From Heteronotia binoei (lineage: Eukaryota), in assembly GCF_032191835.1 (NCBI RefSeq), contig NC_083234.1, positions 2,232,001 to 2,296,000 on the forward strand: 64,000 nucleotides of DNA. The letters run 5' to 3'. Below the pieces are notes generated by a model, which had not been told where the DNA came from, did not search any database, and worked only from the letters and a program-made list of their open reading frames with translations. Shown piece by piece: positions 38,701 through 50,700 of the stretch (position 1 is the first letter of the stretch; every line of letters starts with the position of its first letter). Both the position numbers and the translations under genes were made by a program.

Positions 38701-41700
38701 GGCAGGGGAGCTGTCAGAGGAACATCTGCCCCGCATCTGTATGGTTGATGACAGCCACCCCTCCCTGCCACAAGGCGTATCCTGCCCAATCCAGCCCCAG
38801 GGCAGCAAGCAGGGGGAAAATAAATGATTAAAAACAACATCTAGGAACACATAAGCAGGCAAGACCAGAAGAGGGAGGAAAAGGGCCTCTGGGGGTTGTT
38901 GGGGTTTGCCAAATGAGACACAAAGGGCTTCACTCGCTGGCAAAAGACCCCGGCCGAGAGAGACAGGCCGATCTCGGGGGGCGGGGGGAGAAGGAGGGAG
39001 TTCCACAGTTTGGGTGCTTCCGGTCAGGCCTCAGACATTGGAGGCAGCTGAAGCTGGGCTTGTGAGGATGGCCAGAGTGAACAAGCGGGGGGGTTGTGGT
39101 CCTTAAGGTCTGTGGGCTGGTGCCATGTGGCTCTTTAGGTGTCCAGAAGAGTGCTCTGCAGGGTCTGTGGTTTGGGTTCTTACAAGCCTGTGAGGCAGGT
39201 CCCTCTTCAGTGTAGTGGTGAAGTGTGCCGACTCTTATCTGGGAGAACCAGGTTTGATTCCCCACTCCTCCACTTGCAGCTGCTGGGATGGCCTTGGGTC
39301 AGCCAGAGCTCTCTTATCTGGGAGAACCGGGTTTGATTCCCCACTTCTCCACTTGCACCTGCTGGCATGGCCTTGGGTCAGCCATAGCTCTGGCAGGAGT
39401 TGTCCTTGAAAGGGCAGCTGCTGTGAGAGCCCTCTCAGTCCCACCCACCTCACAGAGTGTCTGTTGTGAGGGAGGAAGTGAAAGGAGATTGTAAGTCGCT
39501 CTGAGATTCAGGGTGAAGAGCGGGATATAAATCCAATATCATCTTCATCTTTGTGAAAGAGACGAAGAGGAAGAAGCGGGTGGGGCTGCATCCAGACAAG
39601 CCCCGCTGGGGGAGGGAGGCCTCGGCTGGTGTGGCTGGCTTTGGGGGCCTGTCCATGCCCTGCGCAGTAAACCCCACCTTCTCCTTGGCCACGCAGGGAT
39701 CCGGGTTCTGGATGGGCCACTTACAGACAGCATGGAGGCGATTGCTTTCAACAAGCACTATCAGATTAATGACATCTACAGCTGCAGGTCAGTGTCTGGG
39801 CACTGTGGTGATGGCGGGGTGGTGGTGGTGGTGGGGGAAAGCAAGCCCCGTTGCTGGATTCCAGCCCCAGAAGTGAGCATGGCAGGGTGACTTCCTGACT
39901 GCCTGTCAGCCTCCCTGGGCTTGGAGCCGCAGCTCAGGCACCAACCTAGTCGTCTTCACGCGGCTGCAAGTCCCCAGAGGCCCGGACCCTCCCTCTCAGG
40001 ACGTCGGGGCTGCTGCCGCTGCTGCTCTGGCTCTCCGGCCTCTGGAATGCGCCTGCTCCCGGGTGTTGCTAAGCCCTGCTTTGGGGTGTCTCCCTGCACA
40101 GCTGGGGTCCAGATGATGATGGCAAAACCGTGGATGGGCCTCACCAGCTTGGAAAGGTATGGAGGAGTTAGGTTGCTTTGCTGTGGTTTGGGGGCCTGGA
40201 AGCTGCAGGATGCCCCACCCCCCTTACACCGCCTGCTGGGAGAGCAGGATCATGGAAGCGTGGTTTGAGCAGGAGGCATCCTGAGGCAGGGGTGGAACAG
40301 TCCCTGAGCTTACCTGGGCTAATGTTCAAAACCTGCCCAGCTGACCTGGTGGGGAGGGGAGAGAGATCCTCCGATCCCAGCGCCCCTCCCCGTCTTTGGC
40401 AGACACACTTCAGCAGTGGCTGCCGTGGCCCCCTGTGGGTGTCTGTGGTGGGAGAGCCTCCCCAGGAAGCCTCCTGTCTGTCCTCTGCTGCAGGCTGCCT
40501 TGCAGCATGGCGTGATCGCCGGCCGGCGGGGGTTCGGCAGCATTTTTGTGGTGGCCAGTGGCAACGGAGGACAGCACAATGACAACTGCAACTACGACGG
40601 CTATGCCAACTCCATTTACACCGTCACCATTGGTAAGGCACCCAGGACATGTGTTGGTATGGCAGGTTGCTCTGGGCGGGAGAGAGAAAGAGAGGAAGTG
40701 GTGCTGCCAGGTGGGACCCAGAAGTCTGCTCCAGCGCAGGTCTCAGCTGTGGACCTTCCTAGTTCTTTAGTGGTGCTTGCTCGCCACATTGGCCAGAAGC
40801 CTTCTGAGAGCAGGCAGGGGTTCTCTGCCCAGTGGCCACGCATGCCAGGCCTGAGTGCTTTCCTCTGTCTGGGGTTCCTACCCTGAGTCTGCAGGGCACA
40901 TCTGCTGCCTAAACTGCCGTTTTGTGTAATGCAGAGTGTTGGACTGGATGGGCCGTTGGCCTGACCCTACATGGCTTCTCTTTCACGCTCTTGGATGAGG
41001 CCCTGCTTGTGGCCTTCCCTGTGGGATTTGGCTTGCTGCTGCTGAAGCAAGGTGCAGGTCTGATCCTGCTGCACAGTTCTTAAACATCCTAGAAATGAGC
41101 CCACATGGAGGAGAGCTCTAACTGTGGCCACTAGCCATGGTGACTAAAAGGAACTTCCATGTTCAGAGGCAGTCAGCCCTGAATCCCAGAACCAGGAAGC
41201 AGCATCGGGGAAGGCCTTGGCCTCTCTGCCCTGTTGCTGGTCCTCCAGAGGAACTGGCCGGCCACTGTGTGAGACAGGAGGCTGGACTAGATGGACCCTC
41301 CCTGGTCTGATCCAGCAGGGCCCTTCTGATGTTCTTCTCAGGGGAAGGCCTCAGCCTCTCTGCCCTGTTACTGGCCCTCCAGAGGAACTGGTTGGCCACT
41401 GTGCAAGACAGGATGGACCCTCACTGGTCTGACCCAGCAGGGCTCTTCTGATGTTCTTCTCAGGGGAAGGGCTCGGCCTCTCTGCCCTGTTGTTGGCCCT
41501 CCAGAGGAACTGGCCGGCCACTGTGTGAGACAGGAGGCTGGACTAGATGGACCCTCCCTGGTCTGATCCAGCAGGGCCCTTCTGATGTTCTTCTCAGGGG
41601 AAGGCCTCAGCCTCTCTGCCCTGTTACTGGCCCTCCAGAGGAACTGGCCGGCCACTGTGTGAGACAGGAGGCTGGACTAGATGGACCCTCCCTGGTCTGA

Positions 41701-44700
41701 TCCAGCAGGGCCCTTCTGATGTTCTTCTCAGGGGAAGGCCTCAGCCTCTCTGCCCTGTTACTGGCCCTCCAGAGGAACTGGTTGGCCACTGTGCAAGACA
41801 GGATGGACCCTCACTGGTCTGACCCAGCAGGGCTCTTCTGATGTTCTTCTCAGGGGAAGGGCTCGGCCTCTCTGCCCTGTTGTTGGCCCTCCAGAGGAAC
41901 TGGCCGGCCACTGTGTGAGACAGGAGGCTGGACTAGATGGACCCTCCCTGGTCTGATCCAGCAGGGCCCTTCTGATGTTCTTCTCAGGGGAAGGGCTCGG
42001 CCTCTCTGCCCTGTTGTTGGCCCTCCAGAGGAACTGGCCGGCCACTGTGTGAGACAGGAGGCTGGACTAGATGGACCCTCCCTGGTCTGATCCAGCAGGG
42101 CCCTTCTGATGTTCTTCTCAGGGGAAGGCCTCAGCCTCTCTGCCCTGTTACTGGCCCTCCAGAGGAACTGGTTGGCCACTGTGCAAGACAGGATGGACCC
42201 TCACTGGTCTGACCCAGCAGGGCTCTTCTGATGTTCTTTTCAGGGGAAGACCTTGGCCTCTGCCCTGCTGTTGGCCCTCCAGAGGAAGTGGTTGGCCACT
42301 GTGTGAGACAGGAGACTGCACTAGATGGACCCTCCCTGGTCTGACCCAGCAGGGCTCTTCTGATGTTCTTCTCAGGGGAAGGCCTGGGCCTCTCTGCCCT
42401 GCTGTTGGCCCTCCAGAGAAACTGATTATGCACTGTGTGAGACAGGGGGCTGGACTAGATGGACCCTCCCTAGTCTGATCCAGCAGGACTCTACTGGTGT
42501 TCTCAGAGGAAGGCCTTGGCCTTGGCCTCTGCCCTGTTGTTGGCCCTCCAGAGGAACTGGCTGGCCATTGTGTGAGACAGGATGCTGGACTAGATGAGCC
42601 CTCCCTGATCTGATCCAGCAGGGCTCTTCTGATGTTCTTCTCAGGGGAAGGCCTGGGCCTCTCTGCCCTGCTGTTGGCCCTCCAGAGAAACTGATTATGC
42701 ACTGTGTGAGACAGGAGACTGTACTAGATGGACCCTCCCTGGTCTGACCCAGCAGGGCTCTTCTGATGTTCTTTTCAGGGGAAGACCTTGGCCTCTGCCC
42801 TGCTGTTGGCCCTCCAGAGGAAGTGGTTGGCCACTGTGTGAGACAGGAGACTGCACTAGATGGACCCTCCCTGGTCTGACCCAGCAGGGCTCTTCTGATG
42901 TTCTTCTCAGGGGAAGGCCTGGGCCTCTCTGCCCTGCTGTTGGCCCTCCAGAGAAACTGATTATGCACTGTGTGAGACAGGGGGCTGGACTAGATGGACC
43001 CTCCCTAGTCTGATCCAGCAGGACTCTACTGGTGTTCTCAGAGGAAGGCCTTGGCCTCTCTGCCCTGTTGTTGGCCCTCCAGAGGAACTGGCTGGCCATT
43101 GTGTGAGACAGGATGCTGGACTAGATGAGCCCTCCCTGATCTGATCCAGCAGGACTCTTTTGATGTTCTTCTCAGTGGAAGGCCTCAGCCTCTCTGCCCT
43201 GTTGTTGGCCCTCCAGAGGAGCTGATTATCCACTGTGTGAGACAGGAGGCTGGACTAGATGGACCCCCCCTGGTTTGATTCAGCAGAACTCTTCTGATGT
43301 TCTTCTGAGGGGAAGGCCTCGGCCTTTCTGCCCTGTTGTTGGTCCTCCAGAGGAAGTGGTTGGTCACTGTGTGAGACAGGAGGCTAGATTAGATGGGCCT
43401 TCCCTGGTCTGATCCTGCAGGGCTCTTCTGGTGTTCTTAACTGTAGGGGAAAGCCTTCGCTTTTAGCCCTGAGGTTGGCCTTCCAGGGGCACTGGCTGGC
43501 CACTGTGTGACGTGGGATTCTGGACCACATGGGCCATTGCTCTGATCTAGCAGGTGGTCTTCTGGTGGTCTTATATAGATCACGAATGTGGCAGACCTTA
43601 GTTAGATTAATTGTATTGCAGGCATTAGTACTCATTTGTTTATGCCTTAACTGGAGCACACTTCTGAATGAGCAATGCACTTAGACTTGATTTGAGTGGT
43701 TCAGATTTCGGCCCAACAGAAGAGCTGGATCTGGCTTCCTGGGACTGCCGTCTGGGGGCCTCCAGGGGCCATGGCTCTCCCAGTCCCTGCTCAGAATGCA
43801 AGGGCCAGGCCGGAGGCAGTGGGGGAGATCCCCCAGGATCCCACGTGCTGATGAGATCCCATTGACTTGCCCCAGAATAAGAAACTCCATTTCACTAGCG
43901 GCACTTCTGGAAAGCGGACTCCAGTTCTGTTGGGAAAGGGGCTTGCCACCTCTCAGGTCCTCCTTAGGAGTGGGTTGGGGTTTGCGTGCCTGTGTGCAGA
44001 GCCAGCCTGGCAGCCCCGTCCCTGTCTCCCTCCTCTCTCCAGGCGCAGTGGACGAGATGGGCTACATGCCCTTCTATGCGGAGGAGTGTGCCTCGATGCT
44101 GGCTGTCACCTTCAGTGGGGGCGACAAGCTGATGAGGAGCATTGTAAGTGGGGCCCCCCTCGGGAGAAGCGGGGGAGGGGCAGCCAGGCACTCATTCCTG
44201 TTTGTTTCTGTCGCCCTCCGGTGGAGTTCCTGTTCTCCTGCCATCCAGCAAGCTCCAGCAGTGCTTTGGCTGCTCCACGCCACTGACCAGCTCGTGGGCT
44301 TCACTTGTGCCAAGCTGAGTGGGCCAAAGGGAAGGGGGTGTTAAACTTCCTTTGGGGCTCGCTGTTTCAACCCATAGCATTTCCAGAAGCCAATCTAATT
44401 CCCTGACCTTCTCTATCTTACTGGACTGTGTACCCCCCACCCCCCTCTGACACACAGAGCCACCCCACCTGCAGCCCTTCCCCGCCCCCATCCTTCTGAC
44501 ATAATTTATATCCAGGAATCACCGTGTCCCACTGATTCTCCTCATCCCACCAAGTTTCTGAAATGCCCGCAGTGTCCAAGTTCCCCCCCAACACTAAGCG
44601 TTCCAATTCCCTGATTTTGCCTCCAGACACTTTTGGCATTTGTGTATCAAGATCTCTAATTTCCCAGGCATGTTGGTTTGACTGCCTCTGAATGGGGAGG

Positions 44701-47700
44701 TCCCCCTCAACCTCCAGGGCTAGCAGCCCCTGACAGGCTTCTTCTCCAGGAATCGAGTGACTCTCTTTCCCAAGCTGTTCATTCCTGTGGCCATTGCTAC
44801 ACCATCTGGCAGCAAATTCCGGCAAAGTCTTCGTTGGGGGAGGAGCCCACAGAGCTTGTGCGCAGTTCCCCGCCCTCTGCCTCTTCGCCCAGCGCTGATG
44901 GCCACAGCCTGAGGTGGGCCAGCTGGGCGCCGCTAGGCTGCTGTGGAGCGGGGCCTGCCCATTGGAAGGGGTGTGGCAGTTCCTGACAAGCCAGGCTCCA
45001 AAGTCTGCCCAGTCCAGGGGCCACAAGCCAGTTGCCAGCAGGGCCAGCCCACGATCATGGTTCCAGAGGGCAGCTGTGTTGGGGCTGGGTTCGAGTGTCT
45101 GAGGCAGGGACTTTAACTCCCAGAAGCTTCGTCTCCAAAACCCTGCTGGACTCCCGTCTGCCTCTTAAGGGCCACCTGGTGCCTCTGGCAGCTACAAACA
45201 GCCGTTGCCTCGGCCTTTCTGTGCTCTTTCCTGGAGGAGGAGTGACTTGGGTGGGTTCCTTGTTATTGCTAGAGAATCCCTTCCTCCCCACAGCAGGAAA
45301 TACCGCCCCCCGCCCCCCCACACACACAAGCAATCCATGTTCCAAAGAGGCAAAATGGTAGAACTTTCCTCAGGTGTTTAAAAGGGAAAGGGGGGGGGGG
45401 GGTTGCAGCCCAGGTTCTCTAAATAGCCCTCCCGCCAGGCTGATGACATATTTCAAAGGGGTGGGAGATGGGAGTCTGGAGTCACATGACCAGAGGGGCC
45501 AAAGTCACCTCTTCTAGACTTCGGAGCCAGAATTTCCCACCCCAAATCCTTGCAGCAGGAGGATCTTCCCCCTCAAAAAACCGGGGGTGGTGGGGAGAGC
45601 GGCCCAGCGAGACTCCTGCTCCAGGCAGCACAGCAGGTGTTTCTGCAGCGGCAGGAGAGCCCTGGAGCAGGCAGGGCCTGCATCTGCCTTGGGCCTCAGT
45701 GGAGAGGCGCCTGCTGCTTTCCCTGCCCTTTCTCACTCCCTTAGCCAAAGCGAAGTCCACCCTGAATGCTTGTCTTGGAATGCAGCTCAGCAGGTGGGCC
45801 TGGGGGTGTGAAGAGGAAGGGTGTGATGGGGGGACACCACAGGAGTCACAGGCTTGTTTCTGCACCCCCAGCACCAAGTGCTCGGCTGGGCCCTCTGCCT
45901 GAGTGCCTTCCAGCCAGGGCTTGGGCTGAACTCCACCTGCAGCTCCTTCCCCCCGGCAATTCAGGGGCTGCAGCGCTGCTTGCCAGGCCATCCCCCGGGG
46001 GGAAGAGGCTCTGCAGGCTCCAAGAAGGAGGAGTGGATCCAGCCTGCCCAGAGAGCTGTCCTCATGGGCTGGGGGTGGGTTCTGGCCCCAGGGCTGGAGC
46101 CAAGTCCTCAGACCTCTTCTGTCTGCCTGACCTCCCCTGGCTGTTCTCTCCTTGGCAGGCCACAACTGACTGGGATTTGCAGCGAGGCACGACTGGCTGC
46201 ACGGAGGGCCACACGGGCACCTCTGCTGCGGCCCCTCTGGCGGCTGGCATGATTGCCCTCATGCTACAGGTGCGCCCCTGCCTCACCTGGCGGGACGTCC
46301 AGCACATCGTTGTCTTCACGGCCACCAAGGTGAGTCCCAAAGTCCCCCCTTTCCTCTGCAGCTCCAGAGCTGTGTGTGGATTTGGGGGGGGGGGGGGGTT
46401 GCTCCAGAGCGACTGTTCTCCCAGACTGCAGCAGTGACCCCCCCCCCGCCCTCTTCCTTTGCAGTATGAAGACCACCGGGCCCAGTGGGACACCAACCAG
46501 GCCGGCCTGAGCCACAGTCACCAACACGGGTTCGGCTTGCTCAACGCCTGGAGGCTGGTGAATGCTGCCACGGTAGGGCCTGCTGCTCCGGGGGGGGGGG
46601 GGTCTCCTGCCCGCCTGGCTCTGAGGAAGGGGGCAACCAAAGGAGAGTAGGGCAGCCAGAGGCTTTTCCACTAGGGAAAGGGGGATCTGCCCCCAGCCAC
46701 CATTCAACCTTTTGGGCCCTGGGGAGGACTAGCCGTTTGCTCCGTAGAATGTTTCTTCCCTGCCTTTCAGCCCCTCTCTGCAGTGGCTGCCCCTTGTGGA
46801 GGGGGTGTTCAGATGTCCCCCACCCCAAGGCACGAGGGGGGAGAATCGGGGCCAGTGGTGTGCTCTGGAGAGCCCCTGCTGCCCTTGCAGAGTGCACTCT
46901 CGGGGAGTCGGGAGTTAAGACCAATGGGGGCTGGATGTGGCCAGGAGTTCCGTGCGGAGTGGGGGGGGGTGGCCAGAAGGGGAGGCTGCAGGTGGTGTGA
47001 GCGCTTTTTCGTCTCTGGCAGGTCTGGGAATCTGTCCCTTACCTGGCCTCCTACGTCAGCCCAGTCTTGAAGGAGAGCAAGGCCATCCCTTTGGCGCCCC
47101 AGCGGCTGGAAGTCACCTGGAACGGTAGGTGCAGCTTCCCCAGAGGGGGGGTGTTATTTGGAAGAAGAATGGCTGCTGGAGGGGGGGGGGCTGTTTCTCA
47201 AAGTGTGCCTGAATACGTTTTGGTGTCATGACTTCCTGTAGGGACCCCTGGAGTTCACCCTGGGGGAGGGGTGGCTGGGACTTCCTGGGAGAGAAAGGGC
47301 TATTCCGTGGGGGGGGGAGCAGGTCTGCCACTCACTCAAGGGGGGGAGGCGGGGGGAGCCCAAGACCCACCAGCAGGCTCTGACTGCAGTGCACGGGGGC
47401 GGTGCCAAGAGGCCATGTTAGTGAGCGTGTGCATATCTTGGGGGGGGGGGGGCAATGAGGGGGCTAGAACTTTGGTGTCTGCTCTCCCCTTCTCAGCCCA
47501 CACTGTCCTGGAGGAGGGAAAGGCGGCAGCAGCTGTGGCTCCCTTCTTCCTCCAGACACTCCCAGTGCCAAGAGCAAGGCTGGGATGGGTGGCAGCCACC
47601 CCGAGCAGGAGCTCCTCCTTCCCTTTTTAGGCAATGCTGCTGCTCCCGTCTTGGCCGCTCTCAGCCCACACAAAGATTTCTTCCCTCCTCTCCTGGCAGC

Positions 47701-50700
47701 CTCAGGGCTTCCAAATCCTGTTGGTCGGTCTTTCTTTTGTTGTGCTACTGAGGACTTTGATCACACACACACACTATTTGCCTTTCTGTTGGGCCCAAGG
47801 AGGAGAGGAGAGGAGAGGAGAGGAGAGGAGAGGAGAGCGTGTCTGGGGCCAGGGCTGGCATCTGAGCCATGGACTTCTCTGTCCTGCCACCAGCATGGTC
47901 CTAGAGGGAGTGGGGTGCAAGGAGATGCACTTTAGATACCTGCAGGAGCAGAAGTTGAGGGAGCTGGGAAGGGGTGTCTTGCAGGCAGTCCCCCCCATTC
48001 CCAGTGGGGCAGGGCCTGCTTGGCTTCCTTGTGCCATGGGGACTTTTTTATCCTGCTCTAACTCTGGCCTGAGCAGCAGCACTGGAACATGTGTGTGTGC
48101 ACACACCCACACCCACTGGTTCTGGGCAGAGCTGAAGTTCACCCCCTCAAGCCAGCTTCTGCAGCTCTCACCAGTTCCCAGAAGAGCCAGTTTCAGGCCC
48201 AGGTGTATTGCAAGAGGCAGAGTGATCCCACTGGTGGGGGGAGGGGGGTCTTCTCCCTCCCCTTCTCTCCCCCCATTCCCAGAATTTGGAAGAGCCTTAA
48301 AGTTCACGGGGACTTGGAAGGAAGTTCAGGCCTCTCTGATGTTTCCCCTAAAAGGAATTCTTGTGAGCAAACTGGGCAAGCACAGACAAGAGGCTGGCTG
48401 GGAAATGCCAAAAATGCTGCTGGATGGAAGCCTGCAAGGCAGGCCAGGCTCAGGAGCCGTCTGGGGAAAGGGGGCCCAGGAATTAACCCTTTCACAGGGA
48501 CCGCCTGCACTGGGCAGGGGTTGGACGAGATGGCCCAGGAGGCTCTCGGGATTCTGTGACCGGTGGATGCAGAGGAAGGCGTGATGCGTGGCAGGAGACT
48601 TGGGTGGGTCGTGGGAGGGAGTTCCTTGGGAATGGCAGACAGCTGGCTAATGCCACTACCCCCCAACTCCCTCAGGCCGAGTTTTCCTGCCCCCCACCCC
48701 TCTGCCCCCTGTGAGGAAGACAGGAGCTGTGGGTTCATGCAAGGGGACTTGGGGAAAGGAAGAGCTGGTGCTGCCTTGCATGGGGAAGAGCCACTTGTGG
48801 TTTAACATAAGAGAAGCCATGTTGGATCAGGCCAATGGCCCATCCAGTCCAACACACACACACAGTGGCTAATAGCCACTGATGGACCTCTGCTCCATAT
48901 TTTTATCCAATCCCCTCTTAAAGCTATCTGTGCTTGTAGCCGCTGCCACCTCTTGTGGCAGTGAATTCCACATGTTAATCACCCTTTGCGTGAAGTACTT
49001 CCTTTTAACCCAACTGCTCAGCAATTTCATTGAATGCCCACAAGTTCTTGTATTGTGAGAAAGGGAGAAAAGTACTTCTCTCTCTACCCTCTCCATCCCA
49101 TGCATAATCTTGTAAACCTCTATCATGTCACCCCGCAGTCAACTTTTCTCCAAGCTAAAGAGCCCCAAGCGTTTCAACCTTTCTTCATAGGGAAAGTGTT
49201 CCCTTTAATCATTCTAGTTGCCCTTTTCTGGACTTTTTCCAATGCTATAATATCCTTTTTGAGGTGCGGTGACCAGAATTGTACACAGTATTCCAAATGA
49301 GACCGCAGCATCGATTTATACAGGGGCATTATGATACTGGCTGATTTGTTTTCAATTTCCTTCCTAATATTTCCCAGCATGGCGTTGGCCTTTTTTTATT
49401 GCAATCGCACACTGTCTTGACATTTTCAGTGAGTTATCTACCACGACCCCAAGATCTCTCTCTGGGTCAGTCTCTGCCAGTTCACACCCCATCAACTTGT
49501 ATTTGTAGCTGGGATTCTTGGCCCCAATGTGCATTACTTTGCGCTTGGCCACATTGAACCTCACCTGCCACGTTGACGCCCACTTACCCAGCCTCAACAG
49601 ATCCCTTTGGAGTTCCTCACAATCCTCTCTGGTTCTCACCACCCTGAACAATTTAATGTCATCTGCAAACTTGGCCACTTCACTGCTCACTCCCAACTCC
49701 TTGCCTGGGAAGACCTGGCCTCCCCCCCCCCATCAGATCTACGCAAGCAAGCCAAGAACAAGATGGCTTCAGTCAGTCGGGACCTTGTTGTGTGGCCAGC
49801 TGGACTCACGGAAGGCCCCCCTGTGGCCACCCCCAGGCATCCTGTTGCTACTCTGCCCTCCTTTCCTTCCTTCCTTCCCAGTCACAGGAGCTGACCTGGA
49901 GCTGTCCGGGATGAGAACCTTGGAGCATGTGGCAGTGACGGTCAGCATCACCCACCCTCGCCGGGGCAACCTGGAGATCCGCCTCCTCTGCCCCAGCGGC
50001 ATGGAGTCTTTGATCGGGACAGCGAGGAGTATGGACTCGTGAGTTCGGTGGGGGGGGGGCAGGAGAGCAGCCAAGAGGGTGGAGCCCCACACCAGCCGGT
50101 CCCCCCCTGCTAACCTTTCCTGGTCCACTGGGAGTGTGGGGGCGCCCTGAGCCACCAAGAGAGAATGCCAGAGATCCTGAAGAGGGCAGCTTCCTTCCTT
50201 CCGCCTCCCGGCTTGGCTGGGCCCAGGGCAGAGGGGCTCCTCCGGGCTGGTGCTGAGGGCCAGAGCCAAGGGAGGGAGGGCCTCGGGAGGGGGGCCCTGG
50301 ACCAGCCCTTGTTCGCAGCCTGGCCTCCCACACAAGGATGCCGGGTGGGTAAGACTGGTTCTCAGCACCAGAAAGAACCTTGTTTCTCTCTCCGCTTTAT
50401 TCAAGCTGCATTCAAGTCCTTTGGCAGAGAAAAGTGGCTTATAAAGGTGCACATAAACCACTAGAATGGCGGAGAGGAGGCCGGAGCTTCTGATGGGGGG
50501 GTTTCACCCTCTCTTTTTGGAGTTTTCTGGCCTCCTTCTGGCCAGAGGGCTGTTTTCCTTCGTATTCTCTTGGGCAGCTCAGTGCTTTGTGGTGGTGTTA
50601 TGCCCTGACTGTTTTTAAGGGTTTTAGCTCTAAGCCGCCTTGAGCAAGTTTCCGCATCTAAATGGTCCCAAGAAACCATTGTAGCTCACCCTGAGCGCCT

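Noticed and set aside
41163-43367. Family of repeated minus-strand ORFs ([15 protein letters not shown]...)
   Set aside because: Translation of the tandem repeat; frames shift between units and there is no splice or domain evidence.
41085-43575. Regularly spaced repeats as a CRISPR-like array
   Set aside because: There are no unique spacers, the units are 120-136 bp of CR1 origin, no cas genes are present, and the context is a eukaryotic intron.
49963-49977. Missing RGD in the PCSK7 P domain (RRGNL) as a novelty
   Set aside because: PC7 is already known to lack the canonical RGD (human has RGS).
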